Source: an uncultured Verrucomicrobiae bacterium (GTDB lineage Bacteria > Verrucomicrobiota > Verrucomicrobiia > Chthoniobacterales > UBA10450). From it: a stretch of DNA of 64,000 nt. Numbering within the stretch: the first letter of the stretch is position 1; each line of letters begins with the position of its first letter. Shown here one piece after another: positions 46,441-56,586 of this stretch. The position numbers and the translations under genes were made by a program. The notes beneath the pieces are model-generated. The model did not search any database and was not told the origin of the DNA. It saw only the letters and a list, made by a program, of their open reading frames with translations. The stretch spans positions 1,184,001 through 1,248,000 of the forward strand of contig CAVWPA010000003.1 of NCBI GenBank assembly GCA_963756875.1, in the 5' to 3' direction.

Positions 46441-49368
46441 ATGACATCCGCGCAGATCAGACAATCGTTCCTCGATTTCTTTCGCGGGAAGGGGCACACG
46501 ATCGTGCCTTCGTCCCCGCTGATGCCCGATTCGCCGAATCTGCTTTTCACCAACGCCGGCATGAACCAGTTCGTTCCGATTTTTCTCGGACAACAAAAGC
46601 CGCCCTGGACTCCACCGCGCGTGGTCGACACCCAAAAGTGTATCCGCGCGGGCGGCAAACATAACGATCTCGAAGACGTCGGGCTCGACACGTATCACCA
46701 CACGTTCTTCGAGATGCTCGGCAACTGGAGCTTCGGCGATTATTTCAAGAAGGAAGCGATTGAATGGGCGTGGGAACTGGTGGTCGATCGCTGGGAATTT
46801 CCGGCGCAACGTCTTTACGCCACCGTTTACAAACCCGGCGCCGGTGAACCAAGCGAATTCGATCAGGAAGCGCACGATTGTTGGGCCCGATTGTTTCGCG
46901 ACGCCGATCTCGATCCGGCCGTTCACATCGTAAACGGCGGCAAAGCCGACAATTTCTGGATGATGGGCGATACCGGACCGTGTGGTCCATGCTCAGAGGT
47001 ACACGTCGATCTTACGCCGGAGGGCGACACGCGCGGCGCGCTGGTGAACAAGAACGATCCGCGCTGCATTGAGATTTGGAACCTGGTTTTCATCCAGTTC
47101 AACGCTCAACCTGTAGCCGGGGTTGGTGACCCCGGCCGGGTCGAGTATGTCCCGCTGGGGGCGCGGCACGTCGATACCGGGATGGGTTTCGAGCGGGTCA
47201 CCGCGATCGTTCAAGGCACAAAAAACCTCAGCGATTTTTCCGGCACAATTTCCAATTACGAAACGGACATCTTCCGTCCGATTTTCGACGAGTTGGAAAA
47301 ACTCAGTGGGAAGAAATATGCAAGCACGCTGCCTGATTCTCCGGATCGGGGAGCGCACGCGCCCTCGCGTGCAGCGGTTGGCGCCTCGCCAAGCGCATCC
47401 GGCGAGGCGCCGGATGCAACACCCGAGGCGGGTGTGCTCCCCAGAAACGAGCAGGAAAAGATCGACGTGGCGTTTCGCGTGATCGCCGATCACATCCGCG
47501 CGCTCAGTTTCGCGATTGCCGATGGAATTATTCCTTCGAACGAAGGGCGCGGCTATGTTTTGCGCCGGATCCTGCGCCGCGCGGTCCGCTATGGCCGCAC
47601 CCTCGGGTTTCACGAGCCGTTCTTTTTCAAACTGGTCGACACTGTGGCAAAAACAATGGGCGACGTTTTTCCGGAGGTCCGCGCCAAACGAAACACGATT
47701 AAGGAGGCAATTCACCGTGAGGAAGAAGCGTTTAACAGAACGCTGGATGAGGGGATTCACATGTTCGATGCGGCGATGGTGTTCGATGCGGAGAAGGCAA
47801 AGACGGGGCTTTCAGTTGAGAAAGCCGTTTCTGGCGAGTTCGCTTTCAAACTCTACGATACCTACGGATTTCCTCTGGATTTGACGGAACTGATGGCGCG
47901 GGAGCGCGGGCTTACTGTCGACGTGGTCGGCTTTGAGAGACTGATGGAAGAACAGCGCGAACGCGCGCGCAAAGCCCAGAAGAAGGAGGCGATCAGCGTT
48001 GAGCAGGGGAAGTTGACGGCGGCTCCGACGAAATTCCTTGGCTACGATTTTCTCGAGACTGAGGCTGTCGTGGAGACAGTTTTGTCCGGGAAAAAGCCCG
48101 ACGAGGTGAACGTTGTTCTCGATCAAACGCCGCTCTATGCGGAGATGGGCGGACAGGTCGGCGACCGCGGTTTGCTTCATGTCCCAGGACACGATCGCAC
48201 CGAAGTCGGTCAACTTCGCGTCATCGATACGCAAAAACGAGGCGACGTTTTTGTTCATCGAGCGACGCTGACCAAGGGGCGCGCGCCGGAGCCGGGTGAA
48301 GCGGTGCGGGTCTCGGTCGATGCCGAACGACGCCGCGTGATTCAAGGACATCATACGGTCACGCATCTGTTGCATTGGGCGCTGCACGAAGTCGTCTCGC
48401 GCGACGCCGTGCAAAAGGGGAGTTACGTCGGTCCTGACAAGTTGACGTTCGATTTCAGCAGTGCGCCCCTCACGCCGCAACAGAAGCGTGACGTGGAAAG
48501 ATTGGTGAACGAGAGAATCCGCGACGGTGCGCCGGTTTCATGGACCGAGATCCCGTACAAGGAAGCGAAACAGCGCAAGGACATCATCCAATTTTTCGGC
48601 GAAAAATACGGAGATACGGTCCGCGTATTGCAAATCGGCGGGACACCTCGCGAACTGGACGGTTATTCGATGGAGTTATGTGGTGGAACGCATGTGAGAT
48701 CGACAAACGAAATTGGGCCGTTCCGGATCGTGAAGGAAGAAGCGATCGCCGCGGGAATTCGCCGGATCGAAGCGGTCGCGGGCGAGGCGACGCGTGCGTG
48801 GGCCAGACAGGAAGCGGCTCGGCAAGAGGAGAGGTTCGAAACGCTAAGGCGCAAAAAGACCGATTTGCCGCCGATGCCCGGTTTTATGGATGAAGCGGAA
48901 ACATCTGTGATGCTGGAACAGATTGATGCGCGAGCGGCACATTTGGGAAAAGCAGATCTCGATGTCCGCGAGTGGGAAAAGAAGACTGCCAAAGCGAGCG
49001 AGGCAGACCTGAGAAGCCGCGCCGCTGAGATCGCAAGCGAACTGGCGTCGTCGCATGCTGGAAAACATTCATTAGTGGCAGAAGTGCCGGACGGAAACGG
49101 CAAGTTGCTTCAGGCGATTGCCGACGTGCTGAAGTCGCAATTCAAGGGACCGATTTTTCTTGCCGGCGCGGCGGAAGGTCGGGCGGCGTTAGTCGTCGTG
49201 GTTCCAAAAGAGCTCACGTCGAAGTTTCAAGCGAACAAGATTATTCAGGCGGTTGCGCCAATTGTTGGCGGCAAAGGCGGTGGCCGGCCGGAAAACGCTC
49301 AAGGCGGCGGCACCGACACGAGCAAGATCGCGGAAGCATTGGCGAAAGTGCGGGAGCTGTTGCGCTGA
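46441..49368 (+). CDS. alaS: Alanine-tRNA ligase carrying repeat-derived in-frame insertions
   Basis: LLFTNAGMNQF, HHTFFEMLGNWSFGDYFK, DTGMGFER, IADHIR, HTVTH, ELCGGTH and GGKGGG motifs. Confidence 0.97.
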   Translation: MTSAQIRQSFLDFFRGKGHTIVPSSPLMPDSPNLLFTNAGMNQFVPIFLGQQKPPWTPPRVVDTQKCIRAGGKHNDLEDVGLDTYHHTFFEMLGNWSFGDYFKKEAIEWAWELVVDRWEFPAQRLYATVYKPGAGEPSEFDQEAHDCWARLFRDADLDPAVHIVNGGKADNFWMMGDTGPCGPCSEVHVDLTPEGDTRGALVNKNDPRCIEIWNLVFIQFNAQPVAGVGDPGRVEYVPLGARHVDTGMGFERVTAIVQGTKNLSDFSGTISNYETDIFRPIFDELEKLSGKKYASTLPDSPDRGAHAPSRAAVGASPSASGEAPDATPEAGVLPRNEQEKIDVAFRVIADHIRALSFAIADGIIPSNEGRGYVLRRILRRAVRYGRTLGFHEPFFFKLVDTVAKTMGDVFPEVRAKRNTIKEAIHREEEAFNRTLDEGIHMFDAAMVFDAEKAKTGLSVEKAVSGEFAFKLYDTYGFPLDLTELMARERGLTVDVVGFERLMEEQRERARKAQKKEAISVEQGKLTAAPTKFLGYDFLETEAVVETVLSGKKPDEVNVVLDQTPLYAEMGGQVGDRGLLHVPGHDRTEVGQLRVIDTQKRGDVFVHRATLTKGRAPEPGEAVRVSVDAERRRVIQGHHTVTHLLHWALHEVVSRDAVQKGSYVGPDKLTFDFSSAPLTPQQKRDVERLVNERIRDGAPVSWTEIPYKEAKQRKDIIQFFGEKYGDTVRVLQIGGTPRELDGYSMELCGGTHVRSTNEIGPFRIVKEEAIAAGIRRIEAVAGEATRAWARQEAARQEERFETLRRKKTDLPPMPGFMDEAETSVMLEQIDARAAHLGKADLDVREWEKKTAKASEADLRSRAAEIASELASSHAGKHSLVAEVPDGNGKLLQAIADVLKSQFKGPIFLAGAAEGRAALVVVVPKELTSKFQANKIIQAVAPIVGGKGGGRPENAQGGGTDTSKIAEALAKVRELLR
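47348..47442. repeat. Family A palindromic element, copy 3 (in frame inside alaS)
   Basis: GGGGAGCGCACGCGCCCTCGCGTGC...CACCCGAGGCGGGTGTGCTCCCC. Confidence 0.85.
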
Positions 49369-49381
49369 ATCGCGCTCGAAA

Positions 49382-49585
49382 TTACGGAGCGCTTACGCTT
49401 GGAGTGCGAGCGTGTTTGGCAATGAGTTTCGGATGCCAGCTTAAAGGCGTGTGGTAAAGCGACGGCTCATTTTCGTGCTCGCCCTGAATGACGCAAAGGA
49501 ATTCGTCATTCGTAAGCCAGCAAGGGTCCCGGGCGAAATCGTTCTTCCCGGTTATGCGCACCGCCTTTTCCGTTGCCTTTTTCAT
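49382..49585 (-). pseudogene. Truncated paralog of the C-terminus of the adjacent TolB-like gene
   Basis: KAVRIT..FARDPCWLTNDEFL....SLY...KLIAKHARTPSVS aligns by eye with RGVRIT..FGWSGCWIDNDNVL....SIY...RLIKNALFPTVN. Confidence 0.55.
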
Positions 49586-49636
49586 GACAGGAGAATTTCA
49601 GTTCGATTCGAGGTTAACAGATTTTGCGATGACGCG

Positions 49637-50521
49637 TCAGTTCACTGTCGGAAAGAGCGCGTTTTTGATCAGTCGCTTCAGGTTCTTGCCGTCGATGGAT
49701 ATTCGATAAATGGACGCGGATTTTTCTCCGGAGGGTTGAGATAGGAAAAGGACGTTGTCATTATCGATCCAACAGCCGCTCCAGCCGAAAATCGTCGGAC
49801 GTGTGATGCGCACGCCTCTACCCGTCGCGATGTCGAGTGTCCAAAGCGCGGGCGGCGGGCCATCCCAATCAGTGCGAGTCGCTTTCTCGGCCATATCCAC
49901 CGAAAGAAGCAGGCGCTTCCCATCGGGCGAAGCAGCGATGCGCCCATCCGCGTTCATTCCGCCGCCCGGTATGATCTTCTCGATTTTCCATTGCGCGACC
50001 ACAGTTCCGTCGAGGCCGATTTGATAGATATTGGTCGTATCCTGGCAAAAAATCGATTGCCCATTACGGGCCCAACAAGGCGAGTAAAGAGTTGCCTGGT
50101 GTTGTGCGCCTCTTTTCAGGATTTGGAAATCGGTCCCGTTCGCAGCGATTGTAGCAAGGTTCCAAACATCATTTTGCCGCAGCATAAAGAGAATGCGTTT
50201 TCCGTCGGGCGCCCAGGCTGGATAATAAGAGTTATCGCCCGGTATTGTTGTAACGATTGCCGTTTCGCCAGTTGCCACATCTGCGACAGCGATGTGTTGT
50301 TCATAAGTAGTCGGCGATTTCTCCACGGTGGTGAACGCTACCTGCGTTCCATCCGGTGAAATCGCCGGGAAAATTCCATCGGCAATTTTTTTCTCGCCGG
50401 TTCCATCGAGATTTGCCACCCAGACGGCATCATTGCGCTGGAACGCGACGAGAGATGCAGCGCCCGATGCGTCAACCAGGGAAGCGACCAGGATCGAAAT
50501 CCAGAATGCTCTTTTGTTCAT
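49637..50521 (-). CDS. Exported TolB-like/PD40 beta-propeller protein
   Basis: Signal peptide and repeated PAISPDG, PAWAPDG, PCWARNG and ASPDG. Confidence 0.85.
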   Translation of the reverse strand: MNKRAFWISILVASLVDASGAASLVAFQRNDAVWVANLDGTGEKKIADGIFPAISPDGTQVAFTTVEKSPTTYEQHIAVADVATGETAIVTTIPGDNSYYPAWAPDGKRILFMLRQNDVWNLATIAANGTDFQILKRGAQHQATLYSPCWARNGQSIFCQDTTNIYQIGLDGTVVAQWKIEKIIPGGGMNADGRIAASPDGKRLLLSVDMAEKATRTDWDGPPPALWTLDIATGRGVRITRPTIFGWSGCWIDNDNVLFLSQPSGEKSASIYRISIDGKNLKRLIKNALFPTVN

Positions 50522-51627
50522 GGCAGGGCCAGCGTGACAAAGAGAGTGGTGACTACCGCCATCGTCAGGACGATCACGTAAACAAACCCGCCGAACAGGA
50601 ACTTGGCAACGCTGATAAACCAGCCCTGTCGATAAACACGGCGGATTGAAATAAAAATTTCAATCAAGGCTGCCAGGCTAAGGATATTGCAGACGGGCGC
50701 TGTAAGATTCGGCGCGCTCTGGTTAAGCCCCATTCCGATCAGGGTGATCAGGATGACGTAGAGATAAGCGAAGCTGTGAATATGCAGCGCGTAGATCAGG
50801 TGATCGATGTAGAAAATGCGTCGCCGGATATAGAGAATCTTAAGCACGAAAGCGAAGAGCGGGATGCAGCACAGCATCATGTAAGGCAGATTGCTGATCA
50901 CCGTAATAAGGAACAACTGCGCGTTGCTCCCATGCTCGCCGATCTTCTCCTTGGCACGGGCCTCGATCCACTTCTCAAAAGGAGTTGAAGAAGTTTCACG
51001 GCCAAATTGCACGATTGGTTCCCCGGCTTGAGCTGATTTCTCGTTCGGGGTTGGTGAAGCTTTTCCGACGGGTTGACCTGTTGGCACAGGCGCGGGGCTG
51101 TTCAGGTCCAGTGCTCGTTTAATCTTGGCGCGCGCCTCCGGAGGCAGATTCTCGTTTTTAAGTTCTGCCTGGAGCTCGGCGCGGTCCTTCTTCGACATCT
51201 TACCCGGTTCAAGGTGAATTGATTTCGCCCAAAAATTTACGGCAAAGAAAAAGAGAACGCTCGCGAGCAAATAAACCCGCAGCGGATGCACGTAACGCAC
51301 GCGCCGGCCCGCAACGAATTCATTCGTAAGTTTCCAGGGCCTCGTTAGAAGCAGCCCGATCGTCGCGAAAAATTTTGAGTCCCAGTTCAGGAACTCATCG
51401 AGTAGATCGACAAGTACATGACGAATCGACCGGCGGTAATCGATTGCGGGCTGCCCGCACTTTGCGCAGTAGTGGCCGTGTAGCAGGGCGCCGCAATTCT
51501 CGCAGTGCGTCGGCGGCGGTGATTGGCGATTCTTCCGGCGGCGGAACAAGCCTTTCCGGCCTTCCGACTGTTCAATCAGAGAGATCGCCGTGTCACCGAG
51601 AATGATTTTCGCAGGGTCGTCGGCCAT
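50518..51627 (-). CDS. DUF3667 domain membrane protein
   Basis: CENCG...HYCAKCGQ zinc ribbon, RPWKLT..F..GRRVRYVHPLRVYL and multiple TM helices. Confidence 0.85.
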   Translation of the reverse strand: MADDPAKIILGDTAISLIEQSEGRKGLFRRRKNRQSPPPTHCENCGALLHGHYCAKCGQPAIDYRRSIRHVLVDLLDEFLNWDSKFFATIGLLLTRPWKLTNEFVAGRRVRYVHPLRVYLLASVLFFFAVNFWAKSIHLEPGKMSKKDRAELQAELKNENLPPEARAKIKRALDLNSPAPVPTGQPVGKASPTPNEKSAQAGEPIVQFGRETSSTPFEKWIEARAKEKIGEHGSNAQLFLITVISNLPYMMLCCIPLFAFVLKILYIRRRIFYIDHLIYALHIHSFAYLYVILITLIGMGLNQSAPNLTAPVCNILSLAALIEIFISIRRVYRQGWFISVAKFLFGGFVYVIVLTMAVVTTLFVTLALP

Positions 51628-51730
51628 GCCGCCGCGAGATTACGAAAATGCAAATGGGACGTCCACTTGGAAGAAGACCGCTTCTCTTGAGGCCGCTTGC
51701 CGCAGTGAAGTTTCCACCCCCGTCGTTATT

Positions 51731-51961
51731 TCACTCGCGCACAAGGAAGAGAATACCCGTGCCCACGACGCCGGCGGCGTACATGGCTGTGGTGTTCGCG
51801 ATGAAATAGGGGACAATCATGAGCGCCAATCCGCAGAATATCGGTTTCCACAGATGCATCCGCTTGCCGTATACGAAAGCGACGAGACCGATGGAGCTGA
51901 AGACGAACCCGCCGATCAAATTCGCAGCGCCGAAATTGAAAATGCTGGACATGCCGGGCAT
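51731..51961 (-). CDS. Small hypothetical membrane protein
   Basis: FSSIGLVAFVYGKR...GLALMIVPYF with about three hydrophobic segments. Confidence 0.7.
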   Translation of the reverse strand: MPGMSSIFNFGAANLIGGFVFSSIGLVAFVYGKRMHLWKPIFCGLALMIVPYFIANTTAMYAAGVVGTGILFLVRE

Positions 51962-52100
51962 GTCGATCTTTGCAGCTAAATGCGCGCCACGTCCGCAACC
52001 TTCCGCCAAGGATGGGGCGCACCAGAAGATCGCCTAGAAACTTAAGGTTGACCGCCAAGATCGGACAATGCCACGATTCGCGACGGCAAAAGCCATCCGG

Positions 52101-53722
52101 ATGCCTTCCAAACTTTTCCAAACCAAAAGTCCAGAGCTTCTGATTCGCGAATCGCAGCAGGCCGATCGCAGGATGAAGCGCTCACTCAACGTGCTGGATC
52201 TTACCTGCCTTGGCATCGGCGCGATCATCGGCGCGGGCATCTTCGCGCTTGCCGGCACCGCTGCGGCGGGCGAGGCCGCGCAAGTCGGCGAATCCATTGT
52301 CAAAACGCCGGTGCTCAATTTTATCATCGCATTTCTTCACCATAGCGACCTCGTCTTCGGCCGGCCTGCGGCGGGACCGGCGGTTGCCGTTTCGTTCGTT
52401 GTGGCCGCCATTGCGTGTGGCTTTGCCGCGCTTTGTTACAGCGAGCTCGCGGCCATGATTCCCGTTTCCGGGTCGGCTTACACTTACTCGTATGCCACGC
52501 TCGGCGAGATTATCGCCTGGATCATCGGCTGGGATTTGATTCTGGAATATGCGGTCGGAAACATGGCCGTGGCGAAAGGGTGGTCGGATTATTTTGTAAA
52601 ACTGCTCTACAGCTTGAGCCACGGCGCCATCAGGCTTCCTCTTTGGCTCGTGACGGACCCGTCCACGGCTGCAACCAAGCTTTCCCAAGGCGGTGAAGCT
52701 ATTCAGGTACTATTCGCCGTCCGCCCTGCCGCATATCTTCGGATATCCCATCGCTCTCGATCTTCCCGCATTGCTGATCGTAGCCGCGGTAACAGTTCTT
52801 CTCATCTACGGCATTCGCGAAAGCGCTACGACGAACACGACGATCGTGTTGATCAAGGTCGCTGTGGTGGTTTTCGTCATTGCCTTTGGAGCCTTCATGG
52901 TCCACCCGACAAACTGGCGTCCGTTTGCTCCCAGTGGATTTGGCGGCGTTATGAGTGGTGCCGCGATCGTCTTTTTTGCGTTCATCGGATTCGATGCGAT
53001 TTCGACTACCGCCGAGGAAACCAAGAATCCGCAACGCGATTTACCGATCGGGATGATTGTCGAGTCTCATCATCTGTACCGTGCTCTATGTGCTCATGGC
53101 CGCGGTGCTTACCGGCATCAAAAAATATACCGTCTATCTTGGGGACTCTGCTGCGGTGGCGACCGCGTTCGCCAGCAAACCATGGGCGCAGGCGCTTGTC
53201 AGCGCCGGTGCGCTTGCCGGCCTCAGCTCTGTCCTGCTCGTCTTTCAGCTTGGTCAGCCCCGCATTTTCATGGCGATGGGGCGCGACGGTCTGCTCCCGC
53301 AATATTTTTCGCGCATTCATCCACGCTACCGCACGCCGTATATCACTACGATCTGGACTGGCGTTGTGGTGGGCGGAGTTGCCATGTTGACCGATATCGG
53401 TTCGTTGGCCGACCTAACGAATATCGGAACACTTTTCGCGTTTGTGCTGGTTTGCGCCGGTGTGATTGTCCTGCGCCGCAAGGATCCGGCCCGCCCGAGG
53501 CCGTTTCGTGTTCCGTTCGTTCCAGTTTTCCCGGTGCTCGGCGTGATATTTTGCGTTGCCCTGATGCTCAGCCTGCCGTTGGAAACATGGTTCCGATTCT
53601 TTGGCTGGCTGGTTATCGGCTTGTTGATTTATTTTCTCTACAGCGTCCGGCACAGCAAACTTCGCCTCGGCATTGATGCCGGCCCGACCGAAGACGTTTC
53701 TCCGCCGATCATCAAACCATAG
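52101..53722 (+). pseudogene. APC family amino acid permease split by two apparent +1 frameshifts (about 52706 and about 53059), possibly sequencing artefacts
   Basis: Three consecutive ORF pieces carry GIGAIIGAGIF/GSAYTYSY, FFAFIGFD..EETKNPQRD and QPRIF..GRDGLLP/RPFRVP. Confidence 0.85.
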
Positions 53723-53937
53723 AATCGGCGGTCCGCGGAGAATTGACCGGCTTCTTCGTTGGTCAAAATGCTCAAATAAGTAAGCAGGCAATCCGATAAC
53801 CTGTTCGAGGAATCAGCTGGGAATTCTACCAGAGTTATCCCACTTAGAGCGCGCTTTCGACACCGATTAATATAGGGATGAAAGACCGGGGATTGGTGAT
53901 TGCAGGGGTGATCGCCGCAATAAAACCTGGCAACAGT

Positions 53938-55888
53938 TCAGCGGGATCCTGAATTTGTGCCGGGGGAATTGCCCGACGTGGATGGATGCAAATGTTGATC
54001 GAGAAATTTTTCCATGGCCTGGTAGAAATCGAATCGATTTTCTTCGTTGTGGAATCCGTGGCCCTCGTTTTCCTTGACCATGTATTCAACGTCCACGCCC
54101 CGTTTTCTCAGGCTCGCCACCATCTGATCGGACTCCGCTTTGTTCACCCGCGGGTCTTGCGCGCCCTGTGCAACAAAAAGGGGCGTCTTGATTCGGTCGG
54201 AATGTAATACCGGCGACTCCGACGCGAGCAGCGCTTTGTCTTTCTCCGGATTTCCAACCATGACGTACATCTCCTCGAGAAACGGCTTCCAGTACGGCGG
54301 AATCGTTTTCATGAACGTAAACATGTTGGAGGGGCCGACGTAGTCGACCGCTGCCGCGTAGAGATCGGGTGTGAACGTCACCCCGGCGAGAGTGGCGTAG
54401 CCGCCGTAGCTGCCACCGTAAATCGCGATACGTTTGGGATCGGCAACGCCCTGCTTGATCAACCATTGGACGCCATCGGTGATATCGTCCTGCATTTTCT
54501 TGCCCCATTGCTTGAAGGACGTTTCCCAGAATTTTCGTCCGTAGCCAGTCGAGCCGCGGAAATTCATTTGCAGAACGGCGTAGCCGCGGTTGGCGAGAAA
54601 TTGAACTTCCGGGTCATAACCCCACTCATCGCGCGCCCACGGACCACCGTGCGGATTCACCACGACCGGCAAATTTTTCGGTTCTCGTCCCAGTGGCAAC
54701 GTGAGATAGCCGTGAATTGTCAGCCCATCGCGGCTCTTGTATTCAATCGGCTTCATAGGCGCCAGTTCGCTCTCTTTCAACCACGGCTTGACGTCTGCGA
54801 GCTTTGTCAGTTCGCCGCTCTTCACGTTGAACAGATACCGTGAGCCCGGCGTACGGTCGCTTGTCGTCGCGATGATGAACTGGTCCTCGTCGTGATCGGT
54901 ATCAACCGCGTCAATCTGATAACCGGGCAGTTTCTGCTCGATGGTTGCGAACATTTTTTCGGCTTGTGGATCTAGATATTTCCGTTGCTCTTTCCAGGTG
55001 GTATAGCCGGCGTAAAGAAGGACTTTTCGCTTCTTCGAATAGGCGAGCCCGTCAACATCCACATTGGGATTCTGATAAATCATACTGGTCTCTTTGCCTG
55101 TAGCGGGATCAATTATGACCGCCGCACCCTTATCGCGGCCAATGTTGGAGACTGCGTACAATTGCTTGTTATCGAACGTGTAAAATTCGACGTCGAGATG
55201 CTCGCGGAAATTGGTCGTCAGCACTTTTTTAAACGGCGACTTCTCGTCGGGCCGCGTTAACAATGTGGCGTTCACCCCATCCGTTTCCGTCGCGGCCAGA
55301 ATTCGCCCCTTATGATCGGTCACCCAGTGATCGACATGTCCGGGATTCTGCGCGGCCATCGTAATCTCGCCGGTTGGAACGTTCAGCCGGTACACGTCGA
55401 ATAATTCCGGGTTGCGCTTGTTGTCCTGGATTAAAACCTCTGTGGGAGAGACATCTTCAAGGTCGTCGACCAGCTCCGCGCGCACTTTTGGAAAAGGCGT
55501 CAGATCTTTGATCTCATTTGTCTTCAGGTTCACCCGGAAAAGATGAAAATTTTCGTCGCCCTTATTGTCCTGTGCATAGATGACGAAATTGTTTCCCTTC
55601 CAGAAATAACCGCGAATGTCGCGGTCTTTTTCCGATGTGATCCGTTTCGCCTCGCCCCCTGCGGTCGGGCGAAGCCAGATGTTCATGCGCGACTCCCAGG
55701 GCGCGAGGTAAGACAACGTGTTACCGTCGGGCGAGAGCTGATAACCGCTGCTTTCCGGATTCCTGAAGAAATCGCGCAGTGGGATCTTTGGCGGCACTGC
55801 GACCGGAGTGGATGCAGCGGGCTGCTCCGCTCCAGCGATAGAAAGGATGGCAATTAAACAGGTACCAGAATGCGAGCAATGATTTCAT
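53938..55888 (-). CDS. S9 family (prolyl oligopeptidase/dipeptidyl aminopeptidase-like) peptidase, with an apparent +1 frameshift in the signal peptide near 55861
   Basis: HGGPW, NFRGSTGYG, GGSYGG, DPRV and EGHGF motifs. Removing one base joins MKSLLAFWY to CLIAILSIAGAEQ. Confidence 0.9.
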
Positions 55889-56002
55889 AAGTGGTCTCTT
55901 CGATAGGATGCGGTCCGCCTGTCGAGCGGATTCAAATTTTGTATTTATAAACACGAACGGGCCTGGCTGTGGCCTCAAGGGCTCTGATCGGGTTGCGTTG
56001 TT

Positions 56003-56458
56003 TTAAGGCGCTGCGTGCGCGTGACAGGCTTTGTCGTCAGCTTCCAGCCAGGTAAACGTGGTCGTCTTTGTTGGATCGAGCCCGAGTTCCTTGCATCCTT
56101 TGACGAAGTAATCGCGCTTCTCCGGAACGTTGTAGAGGCTGCTCGCTTCGGTTTCGTCGCTCCAGCGTTTGATTTCGTCCGGTGTTCTCTTTATGCCGTT
56201 TTGATCCAGCCATTCCGCCATCTGTTGGTCGCTTGCGCCTTGCTCGATTTCCGCCTTGAAATCGTCGCCTTTCACACCTTTGAAACCGAAAAGTGTGTTG
56301 TCCAGCGCGCAATCGAAGTGGTATTCGCCAAGGTCCCCCGCAACCAAGGCGCGACATTTGTCGATGGTGCGCCCGAGAATGGCATAGCCACCAATGCGTA
56401 TTCGCGGACTGCGCGGCGCTTCCCTGGTCAGGTCCTTCCCGGTAACACTTTTATGCAT
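56003..56458 (-). CDS. DUF5069 domain-containing protein
   Basis: DLT..APRSPR..IGGY..LGRTIDKCRA...G.LGEYHFDC.LD...LEADD. Confidence 0.8.
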   Translation of the reverse strand: MHKSVTGKDLTREAPRSPRIRIGGYAILGRTIDKCRALVAGDLGEYHFDCALDNTLFGFKGVKGDDFKAEIEQGASDQQMAEWLDQNGIKRTPDEIKRWSDETEASSLYNVPEKRDYFVKGCKELGLDPTKTTTFTWLEADDKACHAHAAP

Positions 56459-56511
56459 ATATCACGCTAGTGCGAAAGGGAGGGGCCGCAAGATCGAGAA
56501 TCGCTCTTGCC

Positions 56512-56581
56512 TGTAGCGGGGCTCCATGAGCGTCGTATTATTTCCCTTTCAGCGACCCCGAAAGCTTTTGCGGCCGCTACA
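56512..56581. repeat. Degenerate GTAG-type REP-like doublet
   Basis: TGTAGCGG...CCGCTACA termini, related to 24990-25063. Confidence 0.6.
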
Positions 56582-56586
56582 GAAGA

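Noticed and set aside
47762..47791. 12 bp direct repeat and a GGCGATGGTGTTCG fluoride-riboswitch-like string in alaS
   Set aside because: It lies in coding sequence and lacks the rest of the aptamer; it is probably a small local duplication in a variable loop.
52690..53070. Programmed ribosomal frameshifting in the permease
   Set aside because: There is no slippery heptamer or homopolymer at either site, and single-base insertion errors explain both more simply.
53723..53937. Lower-GC spacer as a possible small RNA or ORF
   Set aside because: I could not identify a convincing structure, repeat or ORF.
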